A stretch of DNA of 64,000 nucleotides. It comes from Patescibacteria group bacterium. GTDB taxonomy: Bacteria > Patescibacteriota > Minisyncoccia > Phycocordibacterales > SIBU01. The position numbers and the translations under genes are program-made. Below are positions 29,258 through 38,617 of this stretch, in pieces (the first letter of the stretch is position 1; each line of letters begins with the position of its first letter). A model generated the notes under the pieces. That model ran no database searches and was not told the DNA's origin. It saw only the letters and a list, made by a program, of their open reading frames with translations. Location: positions 3,360 to 67,359 of the forward strand of contig JAZJZC010000005.1 in assembly GCA_040390045.1 (NCBI GenBank). The letters are read 5' to 3'.

Positions 29258-31627
29258 TTGAAAGTAGCACTTTTATGTGGTGGCCCGTCGTTAGAAAGGG
29301 GAATTTCCCTTAATTCGGCGCGCTCAGTGCTCGATCACTTGGAGTCCGAGGATGTGGAAATTGTCCCAATCTATTTTGATACTCGAAAGCGAGCCTATCG
29401 AGTTTCGCGATCCCAGTTGTACAGTAATACACCATCGGATTTTGATTTCAAATTGAGCGCGATGGCGGCCGAACTTTCACCCCAAGCGCTCATTAAATTA
29501 CTTAAGTCAGTTGATATCGCTTTTCCCGCCATGCATGGGCCATTTGGTGAAGATGGCGGTATTCAAAGTTTGCTTGAGAAAAATTCTATTCCGTTCGTTG
29601 GTTCTGATTCGAAATCTTGTAAAACCGCTTTTGATAAATTTTCAGCGAATGAATTTGTTCGCGGCCGTGGTTTTTTTACTTTTCCATCGCAGCTACTTAA
29701 AATCTACAACCAAGATCACCAGGCCGTTATTGAAAGTTTTTTTAAGGAGCACAAACTTTCCAAAGCTATTGTTAAACCGGCAACCGGAGGCTCAAGCATC
29801 GGCGTCTTCTGTGTCTCCAGTCCCAAGGAGGCGCTCGATCGTGTTCGATTTCTATTTTCCAAACGCATGGACACCCGGGTAGTGCTTGAACCGGTAGCCA
29901 CAGGTACGGAATTTACCACGATTGTTTTACAAAATAAGCACGGGCTTCCAGTAGCGCTTCCTCCAACTGAAATTGAAACTGATTATTCGGAAAACCAAAT
30001 TTTTGATTTTAGACGAAAGTATTTGCCGACACGGCAAGTGATTTGGCATTGTCCGCCGAGATTTCCCGAGGAAGTCATTGAGAAGATTCAAGCTCAGGCG
30101 GAGCAGATTTTTTCTCTTTTCAAAATGAGGGATTTTGCGCGATTTGATGGATGGGTATTGCCTGACGGCAATATCTGGTTTTGCGATTTCAACAGTATCA
30201 GTGGTATGGAGCAGAATAGTTTCTTGTTTCAACAAGCTTCGCGTGTCGGCCTCACTCATGCCCAAGTGCTGAGGTTTATTTTACAAAACGCCTGTAATCG
30301 TCACGAACTTTCACTGTCTGAAAAACCTCCCGTTGTATCTGGAAATTTTCCGAGAAAACCGGTTAATGTTATTTTTGGTGGCGACAGTTCGGAGCGACAG
30401 GTTTCCCTTATGAGTGGAACGAATGCTTGGTTGAAACTACGAAAATCTGAGCGCTATGACCCACAGGCTTTTCTGCTTGATATGAAGGGGGATGTCTGGC
30501 ACGTGCCATATCAATTGGCGCTTAATCATACCGTTGAGGAAATTGCACAAAATTGTGAAAATTATGCTGTCGCTCGAGAGCGATTGGCCAGTTTCGAAAA
30601 AAGGACACGCATCAAACTTGGCTTGGAGTACGACGCTGACCCACATGATTTTTTTGCGCCAAAGAAAATGAGTCTTGGAGAATTTATTAAACTTTCTCCG
30701 TTTGTGTTTATTGCGCTTCACGGAGGAAAAGGCGAAGACGGCTCCTTTCAAGCTCTGTTAGCCAACGAAAGCGTTTTGTTTAACGGTCCCGACGCCAAAG
30801 TTTCCAAGTTGTGCATCGACAAAAGAGCCACGTCTTTGTTTATCAAGGATTTAAATATCGACGGCATTATTCCTATTGCAGGAGAGGTGGCGGTACTCAG
30901 TGAACTTTTGAAATTAAAATCTAAAGAGTTGAATGATTTCTGGAAAAAAATTACAGAGAAAATTGGCACAGGAGCTATTATTGTAAAGCCCTCTGACGAT
31001 GGCTGTTCGACAGGTGTCGCGAGACTCGGTGGTTTTGAGGATTTTGAAAAATATATTGATTTTTTTCGACAAGAGGCGAAATTTATTCCGAAGGGTTATA
31101 TAAAAAACAAAGATGTGGTTGAATTGCCAACCAAAGCGCCACACGAGTTGCTGTTTGAAAAATTTATTGAGACTGATAAATTAAAAGTGGTTAATAATCA
31201 AATTAAACATGCTCGTAAAACCGGTTGGGTTGAAATAACGGTGGGGGTAGTGGCTATTGAGGATAAAATTTCAGTTCTTAATCCAAGTATTACCATTGTT
31301 GAAAGTGGAGTTTTGACGGTTGAAGAAAAATTTCAGGGAGGTACGGGTATTAATATCACTCCACCGCCTATAAGCATTTTGAAACCGTCGTCTCTCAAGC
31401 GGGTCAAAGATTTAATTAAAAAAGTCGCCTCAGGTGTCGGTATCAAAGGTTACTCACGAGTCGATGCGTTTATGAATGTAAACAATGGCGATGTGATGAT
31501 TATTGAAGTTAACACGCTTCCAGCGCTCACGCCGTCGACGGTGTTGTATCAGCAAGCGCTCGCAGAAAATCCTCCGATTTTCCCAACAAAACTTTTGGAG
31601 ATGCTTATTGAGAACAAGGGGTACTAA
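29258..31627 (+). CDS. ddl: D-alanine--D-alanine ligase family, tandem two-domain (plant-type) form
   Basis: Two Ddl units: GGPSLERGISLNS..MHG..GEDG..GGSS and GGDSSERQVSLMS..LHG..GEDG..GCSTG..EVNTLP. Confidence 0.88.
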   Translation: MKVALLCGGPSLERGISLNSARSVLDHLESEDVEIVPIYFDTRKRAYRVSRSQLYSNTPSDFDFKLSAMAAELSPQALIKLLKSVDIAFPAMHGPFGEDGGIQSLLEKNSIPFVGSDSKSCKTAFDKFSANEFVRGRGFFTFPSQLLKIYNQDHQAVIESFFKEHKLSKAIVKPATGGSSIGVFCVSSPKEALDRVRFLFSKRMDTRVVLEPVATGTEFTTIVLQNKHGLPVALPPTEIETDYSENQIFDFRRKYLPTRQVIWHCPPRFPEEVIEKIQAQAEQIFSLFKMRDFARFDGWVLPDGNIWFCDFNSISGMEQNSFLFQQASRVGLTHAQVLRFILQNACNRHELSLSEKPPVVSGNFPRKPVNVIFGGDSSERQVSLMSGTNAWLKLRKSERYDPQAFLLDMKGDVWHVPYQLALNHTVEEIAQNCENYAVARERLASFEKRTRIKLGLEYDADPHDFFAPKKMSLGEFIKLSPFVFIALHGGKGEDGSFQALLANESVLFNGPDAKVSKLCIDKRATSLFIKDLNIDGIIPIAGEVAVLSELLKLKSKELNDFWKKITEKIGTGAIIVKPSDDGCSTGVARLGGFEDFEKYIDFFRQEAKFIPKGYIKNKDVVELPTKAPHELLFEKFIETDKLKVVNNQIKHARKTGWVEITVGVVAIEDKISVLNPSITIVESGVLTVEEKFQGGTGINITPPPISILKPSSLKRVKDLIKKVASGVGIKGYSRVDAFMNVNNGDVMIIEVNTLPALTPSTVLYQQALAENPPIFPTKLLEMLIENKGY

Positions 31628-31646
31628 AATCCTAAATAGGTTTAAA

Positions 31647-32189
31647 TTAAAACTTCATGTCGTACCAATCCAGCTTGTAGATTTCTTGAATGAGAATTCT
31701 TTCTCCTTTCGCCCAGGTTCTATTTTTTGCTAGATCAAGGAGCGTCAGGGCTTTTTGAATTTGTTCTTCGCTTCCACTTTCGATTTCCAGAAACGCGGGC
31801 ATGTTTGGGTACTCGTCAATATCAAATTGCCAATCTTTCAAAGTAAAAGAAATCCGATTTTTTTCCTGGTGAGCATATTTTTCTAATTGTAATTCTTCGA
31901 AAAGATCAGAAAGTTTTTCTGGTTCAGCTATGGAGAAATTAATTTCTTTGTGTTTGCGCGCAACACCGAGGATTTCTGATTTGGCTTTCCACGTTACCTC
32001 ATGTGTTCCCTGAGAATTAGATCGAATTCTTAAAAACCAGGGATCTGTGCCTTCTTTTGTTCCCACGGGTCGGTACCAATCGACTACAAGGCGAGTATCC
32101 TGGATTTTTTTCGCACTCAACGCAATCAATTTCGCTTTTATTTTTTCAGCATCAATATCTAAAACTTTGGTTTCAATTTCATGTGACAT
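31647..32189 (-). CDS. CYTH (class IV adenylate cyclase-like) protein
   Basis: EIETK (ExExK), LRIR, EK.R, DID, FLEIE. Confidence 0.9.
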   Translation of the reverse strand: MSHEIETKVLDIDAEKIKAKLIALSAKKIQDTRLVVDWYRPVGTKEGTDPWFLRIRSNSQGTHEVTWKAKSEILGVARKHKEINFSIAEPEKLSDLFEELQLEKYAHQEKNRISFTLKDWQFDIDEYPNMPAFLEIESGSEEQIQKALTLLDLAKNRTWAKGERILIQEIYKLDWYDMKF

Positions 32190-32208
32190 AGAGTAGCATT
32201 ATAGTACG

Positions 32209-32772
32209 ATGTTAAAAAAACCGAAAATCAAAGTTATTCTGATACATGGTAACGGTGGGGGATGGCCAAAGGAAAATTGGTTGCCACCCGTTGCGGCTAA
32301 GCTTAAAAAGCTCGGGCTCGATGTGGCATTTAAGCAATTTCCCGACCCTGTGCTTGCTCGAGCAAAGTATTGGTTGCCGTTTATTAAAAAGTTGGGGGCT
32401 GATCAAAACACCATTCTAGTCGGACACTCCTCTGGTGCGGTTGCGGCAATGCGGTACGCAGAAAAAAATAAAATTTTAGGTTCGATTTTAGTTGCTACCT
32501 GTTATACCGATCTCGGCGAGCCAAATGAGAAAGTTAGTAAGTATTATGATAAGCCGTGGAATTGGAAAGCAATTAAAAATAATCAGCAATGGATTGTTCA
32601 GTTTGCTTCAGTTGATGATCGATTTATTCCGATTGCCGAAGCGCGGTTTGTCCATAAAAAATTGAAGACCGAGTATTATGAGTTTAAGCACCAAGGGCAT
32701 TTTTCTAGTTGGGATAAGAAAATTGATTTTCCGCAGATCATCTCGATAATTAAAAAGAAGCTGAAATTATAA
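32209..32772 (+). CDS. RBBP9/YdeN-type serine hydrolase
   Basis: IHGNGG, GHSSG, DDRFIP, GHF. Confidence 0.9.
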   Translation: MLKKPKIKVILIHGNGGGWPKENWLPPVAAKLKKLGLDVAFKQFPDPVLARAKYWLPFIKKLGADQNTILVGHSSGAVAAMRYAEKNKILGSILVATCYTDLGEPNEKVSKYYDKPWNWKAIKNNQQWIVQFASVDDRFIPIAEARFVHKKLKTEYYEFKHQGHFSSWDKKIDFPQIISIIKKKLKL

Positions 32773-32817
32773 AAAGTACTGGAACACAAGTTAAAGTCAA
32801 TTGTCTATTGTATTAAT

Positions 32818-32837
32818 ATATAAGCATATGATAATAT
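32818..32837. promoter_or_regulatory. putative ArsR/SmtB autoregulatory operator overlapping the -10 box
   Basis: Imperfect palindrome atataagcat|atgataatat (8/10) immediately before the arsR-type ATG. Confidence 0.55.
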
Positions 32838-32843
32838 GTTTAC

Positions 32844-33149
32844 ATGAGCTTTTGTGATGAAATTCAAAAACTAGGAAAAGGCATCGGTACTGCGTCGAGG
32901 TATCAAATTATTGAGAGTTTGCTCTCAGGCCCTTTAACTGTGGGAGAAATTGTTAAAAAAGTAAAACTTTCCCAACCCGCTGTTTCCCAGCATTTAAAAA
33001 CCCTCAAGGCTTGTCAGCTTGTTTCCGATCAGAAAAGAGGAAAAGAGGTTTTTTACTCAATTAATGTGAAGCACATGGCGGATCTTCTGAAACATTTTAT
33101 GACCACTATTAACGAATGTCCGAAAGAAAAACTTAAAACTACAAAATAA
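32844..33149 (+). CDS. ArsR/SmtB family transcription regulator
   Basis: R.QII..L, LSQPAVSQHLK.L, R.GKEVFYS. Confidence 0.93.
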   Translation: MSFCDEIQKLGKGIGTASRYQIIESLLSGPLTVGEIVKKVKLSQPAVSQHLKTLKACQLVSDQKRGKEVFYSINVKHMADLLKHFMTTINECPKEKLKTTK

Positions 33150-33150
33150 C

Positions 33151-33753
33151 ATGTATAACACCCTTGCCTCTAAAAAATCTGTTGAGAAAACTATCGCTGG
33201 CTTAAAATCAACCGGCATCGAAGCTATGTTTGTCGAAAGCGGAGTTGAGGCAAAAAAGAAGGTTTTGGAAATAATTCCGGCGGGGGCTGAAGTGATGAAC
33301 ATGACCTCGATAACTCTTGAAACGATTGGAGTTGTAGATGAAATCAACCAATCCGGAAAATTTAATTCCGTGCGAAATAAATTGATGGACAAAGACGTTG
33401 CTCCCCGTGAAAAAAAGCGTCTCGGTGCGGCGCCCGAATGGACTGTCGGTAGTGTTCACGCGGTGACAGAAAACGGTGAAGTGATGATCGCTTCAAATAC
33501 CGGAAGTCAGTTGCCTGCCTATGCCTATGGAGCGGATCATGTCATCTGGGTTGTGGGTACGCAAAAAATTGTTAAAGATTTGGATGAAGGACACAAGCGC
33601 ATTTATGAGCACGTCTTACCACTTGAGAGTGAGAGAGCCCACAAAGCCTACGGTGTTCCCGGCAGTTTTGTTAGCAAAATTTTGGTTGTAAACAAAGAGG
33701 TTCAGCCAGAAAGGATTACGTTGATTTTTGTTGGGGAGAATTTGGGGTTCTAA
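33151..33753 (+). CDS. LUD (lactate utilisation) domain protein
   Basis: SVHAVTENG..IASNTGSQL..YA.GA..VIWVVG.QKIV.DL. Confidence 0.88.
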   Translation: MYNTLASKKSVEKTIAGLKSTGIEAMFVESGVEAKKKVLEIIPAGAEVMNMTSITLETIGVVDEINQSGKFNSVRNKLMDKDVAPREKKRLGAAPEWTVGSVHAVTENGEVMIASNTGSQLPAYAYGADHVIWVVGTQKIVKDLDEGHKRIYEHVLPLESERAHKAYGVPGSFVSKILVVNKEVQPERITLIFVGENLGF

Positions 33754-33805
33754 TGGGTAGATTCAGGATTCAAGATTTAGGATTCATGAATAAGACAGGG
33801 AGAAT

Positions 33806-33848
33806 AGAAAAACTCCCCGATTCGCTTCGCGAATCGGGGAGTTTTTCT
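33806..33848. terminator. bidirectional terminator sharing the ccccgattcgc/gcgaatcgggg module with 2587-2615
   Basis: agaaaaactccccgattcgc-ttc-gcgaatcggggagtttttct. Confidence 0.8.
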
Positions 33849-33905
33849 CAATTTCCCAAAATAAAAAACCTGCCACAGAGTAGCAGATTGAATCACATCG
33901 GTTCG

Positions 33906-34442
33906 TTAGTCGAGAAAATCTTTATCACCGTCTGTTCCGTCTTTGTGCAGTTTCCATGCGTGGTAGGAAAGAGCAATGCACGCGTCGGCGGTGATGCCCG
34001 AAAATAGGCGGTCCAAATAGGCTTGGATGCCGGAGCAGGCAACGACAATACCTTGCCTCTTGACCCCGCCCCAGTAAACCACGTCTCCTGGAAAAAGCAG
34101 ATGGGGAGTTATGTCACTTCCGCCATCCTGGCGGTCCAGCCAGAGTTGTTGAGCCTTACCCAGGGCCATCTCAGCGTAGTCACCGGTCCAGATTCCTTTG
34201 TCACCGATTGTTTCCTGATACAGGAGGTGAGGTTGAACTGAACCTATTACCCGATTGGCGTCGTAACCACTATTGGTTAGCGTGTTGTTGTATTCGAGTT
34301 TCGGTACAAGTACAACAATGTGGAACGATTGACGTTTGAGAGCATTTAGTAGGTAGGGGCAACTTAGCGTTGCAACCGCGATTTGTACTGCCTGTTTGGC
34401 AATATCTTGCGTCAGAAACTTAGGTAGACGACATTCAGTCAT
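33906..34442 (-). CDS. orphan, possibly GlcG/HbpS-fold
   Basis: ALGKA and GGVKRQGIVVACSG..AYLD resemble GlcG-type motifs; own promoter. Confidence 0.55.
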   Translation of the reverse strand: MTECRLPKFLTQDIAKQAVQIAVATLSCPYLLNALKRQSFHIVVLVPKLEYNNTLTNSGYDANRVIGSVQPHLLYQETIGDKGIWTGDYAEMALGKAQQLWLDRQDGGSDITPHLLFPGDVVYWGGVKRQGIVVACSGIQAYLDRLFSGITADACIALSYHAWKLHKDGTDGDKDFLD

Positions 34443-34561
34443 AAAAAGTTCAAGGTGTGTTTCTGCGACAAACCCTAACACACTTTAAGTGTAAGTCAAT
34501 GTTTGATTAATTATTACTGTAGTGGCTTGAAAACATCAAATTATTGCTGTACTCTAGGCAG

Positions 34562-37144
34562 ATGCAGAAAAATTCTAAAAAATCAGTCCGGTTGTCAGCT
34601 GATATTGCCCCAAAAAGATACGCGATCAAATTGAAGCCCGATCTTGAAAAATTTATATTTGAAGGAGAGGAGGTCATTACAATCATTGTTGGAAAAGCTA
34701 CACAAACACTCACGCTTCACTCAAAGGAGCTCGATATTGAAGTGGCGGAAGTTACTCATGGAAAAGATAAAAATTTTGCTGGAAAAATTTCGTACAATGA
34801 AAAAGCAGAAACAGTCACGCTCACATTTCCAGAATTAATTCCAAAAGGTCAGGCTAAATTAAAATTAGTTTTCCGCGGCGTTCTCAACGACAAACTTCGC
34901 GGATTTTATCGCAGTCAATATGAAGTTGCTGGAACGAAGCGTCACATGGCCACAACCCAGTTTGAATCAACCGATGCTCGTCGAGCGTTTCCATGTTTTG
35001 ATGAGCCGGCGCACAAAGCTATTTTTGATGTCACGCTTTTGGTGCCGACTCACACCGTAGCGATTTCAAACACTTTACCGATTTCCGAGGAGGAGCGCGA
35101 TGGTTTGCGAGAGGTAATTTTTGCGCCGACACCAAAAATGTCGACCTATCTTTTGGCTTTTATCATTGGTGAATTTGAGCACATCGAAACAAAGACTAAA
35201 GAGGGAACATTGGTAAGAGTCTTCGTCACGCCCGGCAAAAAACACCAAGCAGAATTTGCGCTTGAATGCGCCGCTAAAACACTTTCTTTCTATAACCAAT
35301 ATTTTGATATTCCGTATCCGCTTCCAGTTCTCGATATGATCGCTATTCCCGATTTTTCGGCAGGAGCTATGGAAAATTGGGGCGCGATTACCTACAGGGA
35401 GTCGGCTCTTTTGGTTGACCCCAAAAACACCTCAGCCGCTTCAAAGCAGTGGGTGGCGCTAGTCATTGCCCATGAAATTGCGCATCAATGGTTCGGTAAT
35501 TTAGTGACGATGGAATGGTGGACGCACTTGTGGCTGAACGAAGGTTTTGCGTCATACATCGAATATCTAGCGGTAGACAAACTTTTTCCAAAATGGAACA
35601 TCTGGACGCAGTTTGCCTATCTTGATCTTTCATCTGCACTCGGACTCGATGCTCTGAAACATACGCATCCAATTGAAATCGATGTGCATCACCCTTCAGA
35701 AATTGCCGAAATTTTTGATGAGGTGTCGTATTCAAAAGGTGCGTCGGTGATCAGAATGCTCGCGGACTATCTGGGTGAAAAAGATTTTCGTGACGGGTTG
35801 CGATTGTATTTGAAAAAACACAGTTATGCCAACGCCTCGACCATTTATCTCTGGCAAGCCTTTGCCAAGGTTTCCAAAAAACCGGTAGAAAAAATTATGA
35901 AAAATTGGACAGGCAAGGGTGGGTATCCTGTAGTTTCGGTTTCGGAAGAAAAAGGTAAACTTTTACTCTCGCAAAAAAGATTTTTCTCAAATCCAGTTTC
36001 AGCGAAGTTGCACAAGGAAAAAACAACGTGGACTGTGCCCATTTCAGTACTATCAAGTGCCGGTAAAATAGAAAAGTTTTTACTCGACGCTTCGCAAGCC
36101 TCCCAAAAGTTGCCTGCAGGCTCTTGGTACAAAATTAATCCAAATGAGAGTAGCTTTTTCCGTACGGCCTATTCGCCTGAGCTACTGGGACGATTTAAAA
36201 TTCCACTTTCCAAAAACAAGCTTTCAACCCTTGATCGATTTGGTTTAGTCCGCGATAGTTTTGCGCTTGCCGAAGGCGGAATAGTTTCAGTGACCGATGC
36301 GCTTTCTCTGGTCTGTCAATATACAAATGAAGAGAGTTACACCATTTGGGCTGAGCTTTCTGGACGTTTGCAAAAAATTAAGCGTCTTATACAAAATCAA
36401 TCATATACAGAAAACTACCGTCAATTTGTTCTTGCGATTTTTGAAAAAGCGGTACAAAGAGTAGGATGGCAAGCCAAATCTTCTGATGGTCATGAGGACG
36501 TACTTCTCCGCAGTTTAATTTTAGGTACGGCAGGAGATTATGGTCATAGTGCAACGGTCGCGATGGCCAAAAAAATGATGAATGATTTTTTGTACAAACA
36601 GAAACCAGTGCCTGCTGATATTCGCGGCGCGGTTTATGGTATTGCGGCAGAGTTCGGAAATGAAAAAGATTTCCGGAAAATTTTGGCTTTGTACCGAGGA
36701 GAAAAATTACATGAAGAGCAGGGGAGACTTGGCCGGGCGTTGGCGGGCTTTAAAAATAAAAAACTTTTAAGTGAAGTTTTGACGTTTGCGCTTTCAAAGG
36801 ACGTTCGTGGGCAGGACGCGCTCAGTCTCGTTGCGTCAGTTTTGGGTAACCCAGCGGGAAGTGATTTAGCCTGGGCATTCCTCAAGAAAAACTGGCCAAC
36901 TTTTCTCGAGCGATTCGGTGATGGTGGTCATCAACTTTCCAGATTGATTAAAACCTGTGTCGTTTTCAGTACGCGTGAGGCGTATACTGATATCAAGACC
37001 TTTTTCAAAACTCACCCAGCTCCCGGTGCTTCTCGAGCTGTTGAGCAGGCACTTGAAAAAATCGATGGGAATATTAGGTGGCTTGAGAGAGATGGTAAAA
37101 AAATAGAAGAATTTTTAAAGAATTATGAAAAAAATCTGGTTTAA
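34562..37144 (+). CDS. pepN: M1 family aminopeptidase with ERAP1-like C-terminus
   Basis: TQFE..DARRAFPCFDEP, GAMENWG, HEIAH..WLNEGFA, YSKG. Confidence 0.95.
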   Translation: MQKNSKKSVRLSADIAPKRYAIKLKPDLEKFIFEGEEVITIIVGKATQTLTLHSKELDIEVAEVTHGKDKNFAGKISYNEKAETVTLTFPELIPKGQAKLKLVFRGVLNDKLRGFYRSQYEVAGTKRHMATTQFESTDARRAFPCFDEPAHKAIFDVTLLVPTHTVAISNTLPISEEERDGLREVIFAPTPKMSTYLLAFIIGEFEHIETKTKEGTLVRVFVTPGKKHQAEFALECAAKTLSFYNQYFDIPYPLPVLDMIAIPDFSAGAMENWGAITYRESALLVDPKNTSAASKQWVALVIAHEIAHQWFGNLVTMEWWTHLWLNEGFASYIEYLAVDKLFPKWNIWTQFAYLDLSSALGLDALKHTHPIEIDVHHPSEIAEIFDEVSYSKGASVIRMLADYLGEKDFRDGLRLYLKKHSYANASTIYLWQAFAKVSKKPVEKIMKNWTGKGGYPVVSVSEEKGKLLLSQKRFFSNPVSAKLHKEKTTWTVPISVLSSAGKIEKFLLDASQASQKLPAGSWYKINPNESSFFRTAYSPELLGRFKIPLSKNKLSTLDRFGLVRDSFALAEGGIVSVTDALSLVCQYTNEESYTIWAELSGRLQKIKRLIQNQSYTENYRQFVLAIFEKAVQRVGWQAKSSDGHEDVLLRSLILGTAGDYGHSATVAMAKKMMNDFLYKQKPVPADIRGAVYGIAAEFGNEKDFRKILALYRGEKLHEEQGRLGRALAGFKNKKLLSEVLTFALSKDVRGQDALSLVASVLGNPAGSDLAWAFLKKNWPTFLERFGDGGHQLSRLIKTCVVFSTREAYTDIKTFFKTHPAPGASRAVEQALEKIDGNIRWLERDGKKIEEFLKNYEKNLV

Positions 37145-37937
37145 AAGAAAAAAATACGGATGGGGGTGGACATTTGGAACATGGGAAAGCTACGCTGTTT
37201 TAGCACTCTATGTGTTGCTCTTGGTCTACATTTTTCGCTTAGTCGACTTAGGTTCCCACTCTGGAAGTGACACGTTACTGAATTTTGCCCCGAGATTTTT
37301 GCTGTTAACCACGGCTCTGTATCTTCTGTGCTGGTTGAAAGGAGAGAAGCCTGAGTGGTCATCCCTTCGAAAAACTCAGGACAAGTGGGGTGAAGAAAAA
37401 AAGGGTTTACGAGATATTTTACGAGGCGGCGGAGTTGCGGTGATTCCAACTGATACAACTTACGGGATTGTTGGTTCGGCACTTAATGAAAGAACGGTCA
37501 ATGAAATTTACCGGTTGCGCAAGCGAGATTTAAATAAACCGTTTATTGTTTTGATTGCTGACAAGAAAGACTTGAAAAAGTTTGGTGTGATACCGACTGA
37601 GGCACAGGAAAAAATTCTAAGAAAAGTTTGGCCGGGCCCAGTCAGTGTGATTCTGCCGTGCAATTCAGAAAGATTTGCGTATCTTCATCGTGGAAAAAAC
37701 TCGCTTGCGTTTCGCGTACCTGTGCGGCATGAACTTCAGTCACTTCTTGGCGATGCCGGACCCCTCGTTGCTCCGTCAGCTAATCCGCAAGGTCATCTCG
37801 TTGCTAAAAATATTTCCGAGGCGAGGGCATACTTCGGACACCATGTTGATTTCTATCAAGATGGTGGGGAAGTCACCGCATCTCCCTCGCGACTTATTGA
37901 TATCACTGACGATACTGAAAAAGTTTTACGCGCTTAA
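37125..37937 (+). CDS. tsaC: threonylcarbamoyl-AMP synthase fused to an N-terminal two-TM domain
   Basis: PTDTTYG, K.R..NKP, WPGP, AFRVP, APSAN; first ~90 aa hydrophobic. Confidence 0.9.
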   Translation: MKKIWFKRKKYGWGWTFGTWESYAVLALYVLLLVYIFRLVDLGSHSGSDTLLNFAPRFLLLTTALYLLCWLKGEKPEWSSLRKTQDKWGEEKKGLRDILRGGGVAVIPTDTTYGIVGSALNERTVNEIYRLRKRDLNKPFIVLIADKKDLKKFGVIPTEAQEKILRKVWPGPVSVILPCNSERFAYLHRGKNSLAFRVPVRHELQSLLGDAGPLVAPSANPQGHLVAKNISEARAYFGHHVDFYQDGGEVTASPSRLIDITDDTEKVLRA

Positions 37938-37975
37938 ATTTCTAAAGAAAAACACCCAGTAATTACAGGGTGTTG

Positions 37976-38617
37976 CTACAAATAATTGGGAACAAGAACT
38001 TTTCCGTGACCATGCAATGTGTCAATTGCCACACCAGCAGCACAGGCTGGGCACTCACTTAGCCCTGCGTTGTAGGTCGGTAGGTTCAAGCGTATCAAAG
38101 TCTCAAACCTTTGTATTCCCAGATCACTCGCGGTAATTCCACCACGATCGGCAATGGCACAAGCTCCGACAACATCTCCTTTGGCCTTGCGCGTGATTTC
38201 GATTGCATCTCGGACACTTCCACCTTTTGTGACAATATCTTCTGCCACCAAGGTTCGCCTTCCGCGGATGTATTTGTCGAAGTCCCGTTTGATCTCGAAG
38301 CCACCACTATCCTTTTTGTCGGCAAAAACCGCAAAGACTTCACAACCAGTAAGTATGGTTAAGTGGTGCGCAATCCACTGAGATAGAGCAACTCCAGCGA
38401 CTGCTGGCGCAACAACTGTTTCAACGTGGTCGTCAACAAAGAGCTCAGCCATGGCATGGCACAACCTTTTTAATACTAGAGTGCGAGCTAACAGATGACC
38501 TTTTTCAAGGTAGCCCGTTGAGTGGAGACCGGAACGCAGAATGAAGTGCCCATTTATGAGCACGCCGCACTCTTCAAAAATCCTAAGGATTTCAGACTCA
38601 CTAAGATTTCCTTGCAT
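37976..38617 (-). CDS. pyrE: orotate phosphoribosyltransferase
   Basis: GHFILRSGLHS..Y, AEDIVTKGGS PRPP loop, DRG, CPAC; overlaps pyrF. Confidence 0.92.
   Translation of the reverse strand: MQGNLSESEILRIFEECGVLINGHFILRSGLHSTGYLEKGHLLARTLVLKRLCHAMAELFVDDHVETVVAPAVAGVALSQWIAHHLTILTGCEVFAVFADKKDSGGFEIKRDFDKYIRGRRTLVAEDIVTKGGSVRDAIEITRKAKGDVVGACAIADRGGITASDLGIQRFETLIRLNLPTYNAGLSECPACAAGVAIDTLHGHGKVLVPNYL

Noticed and set aside
33753-34007. 84-aa ORF after the LUD gene
   Set aside because: It reads through a heptamer tract and a terminator and overlaps the convergent gene.
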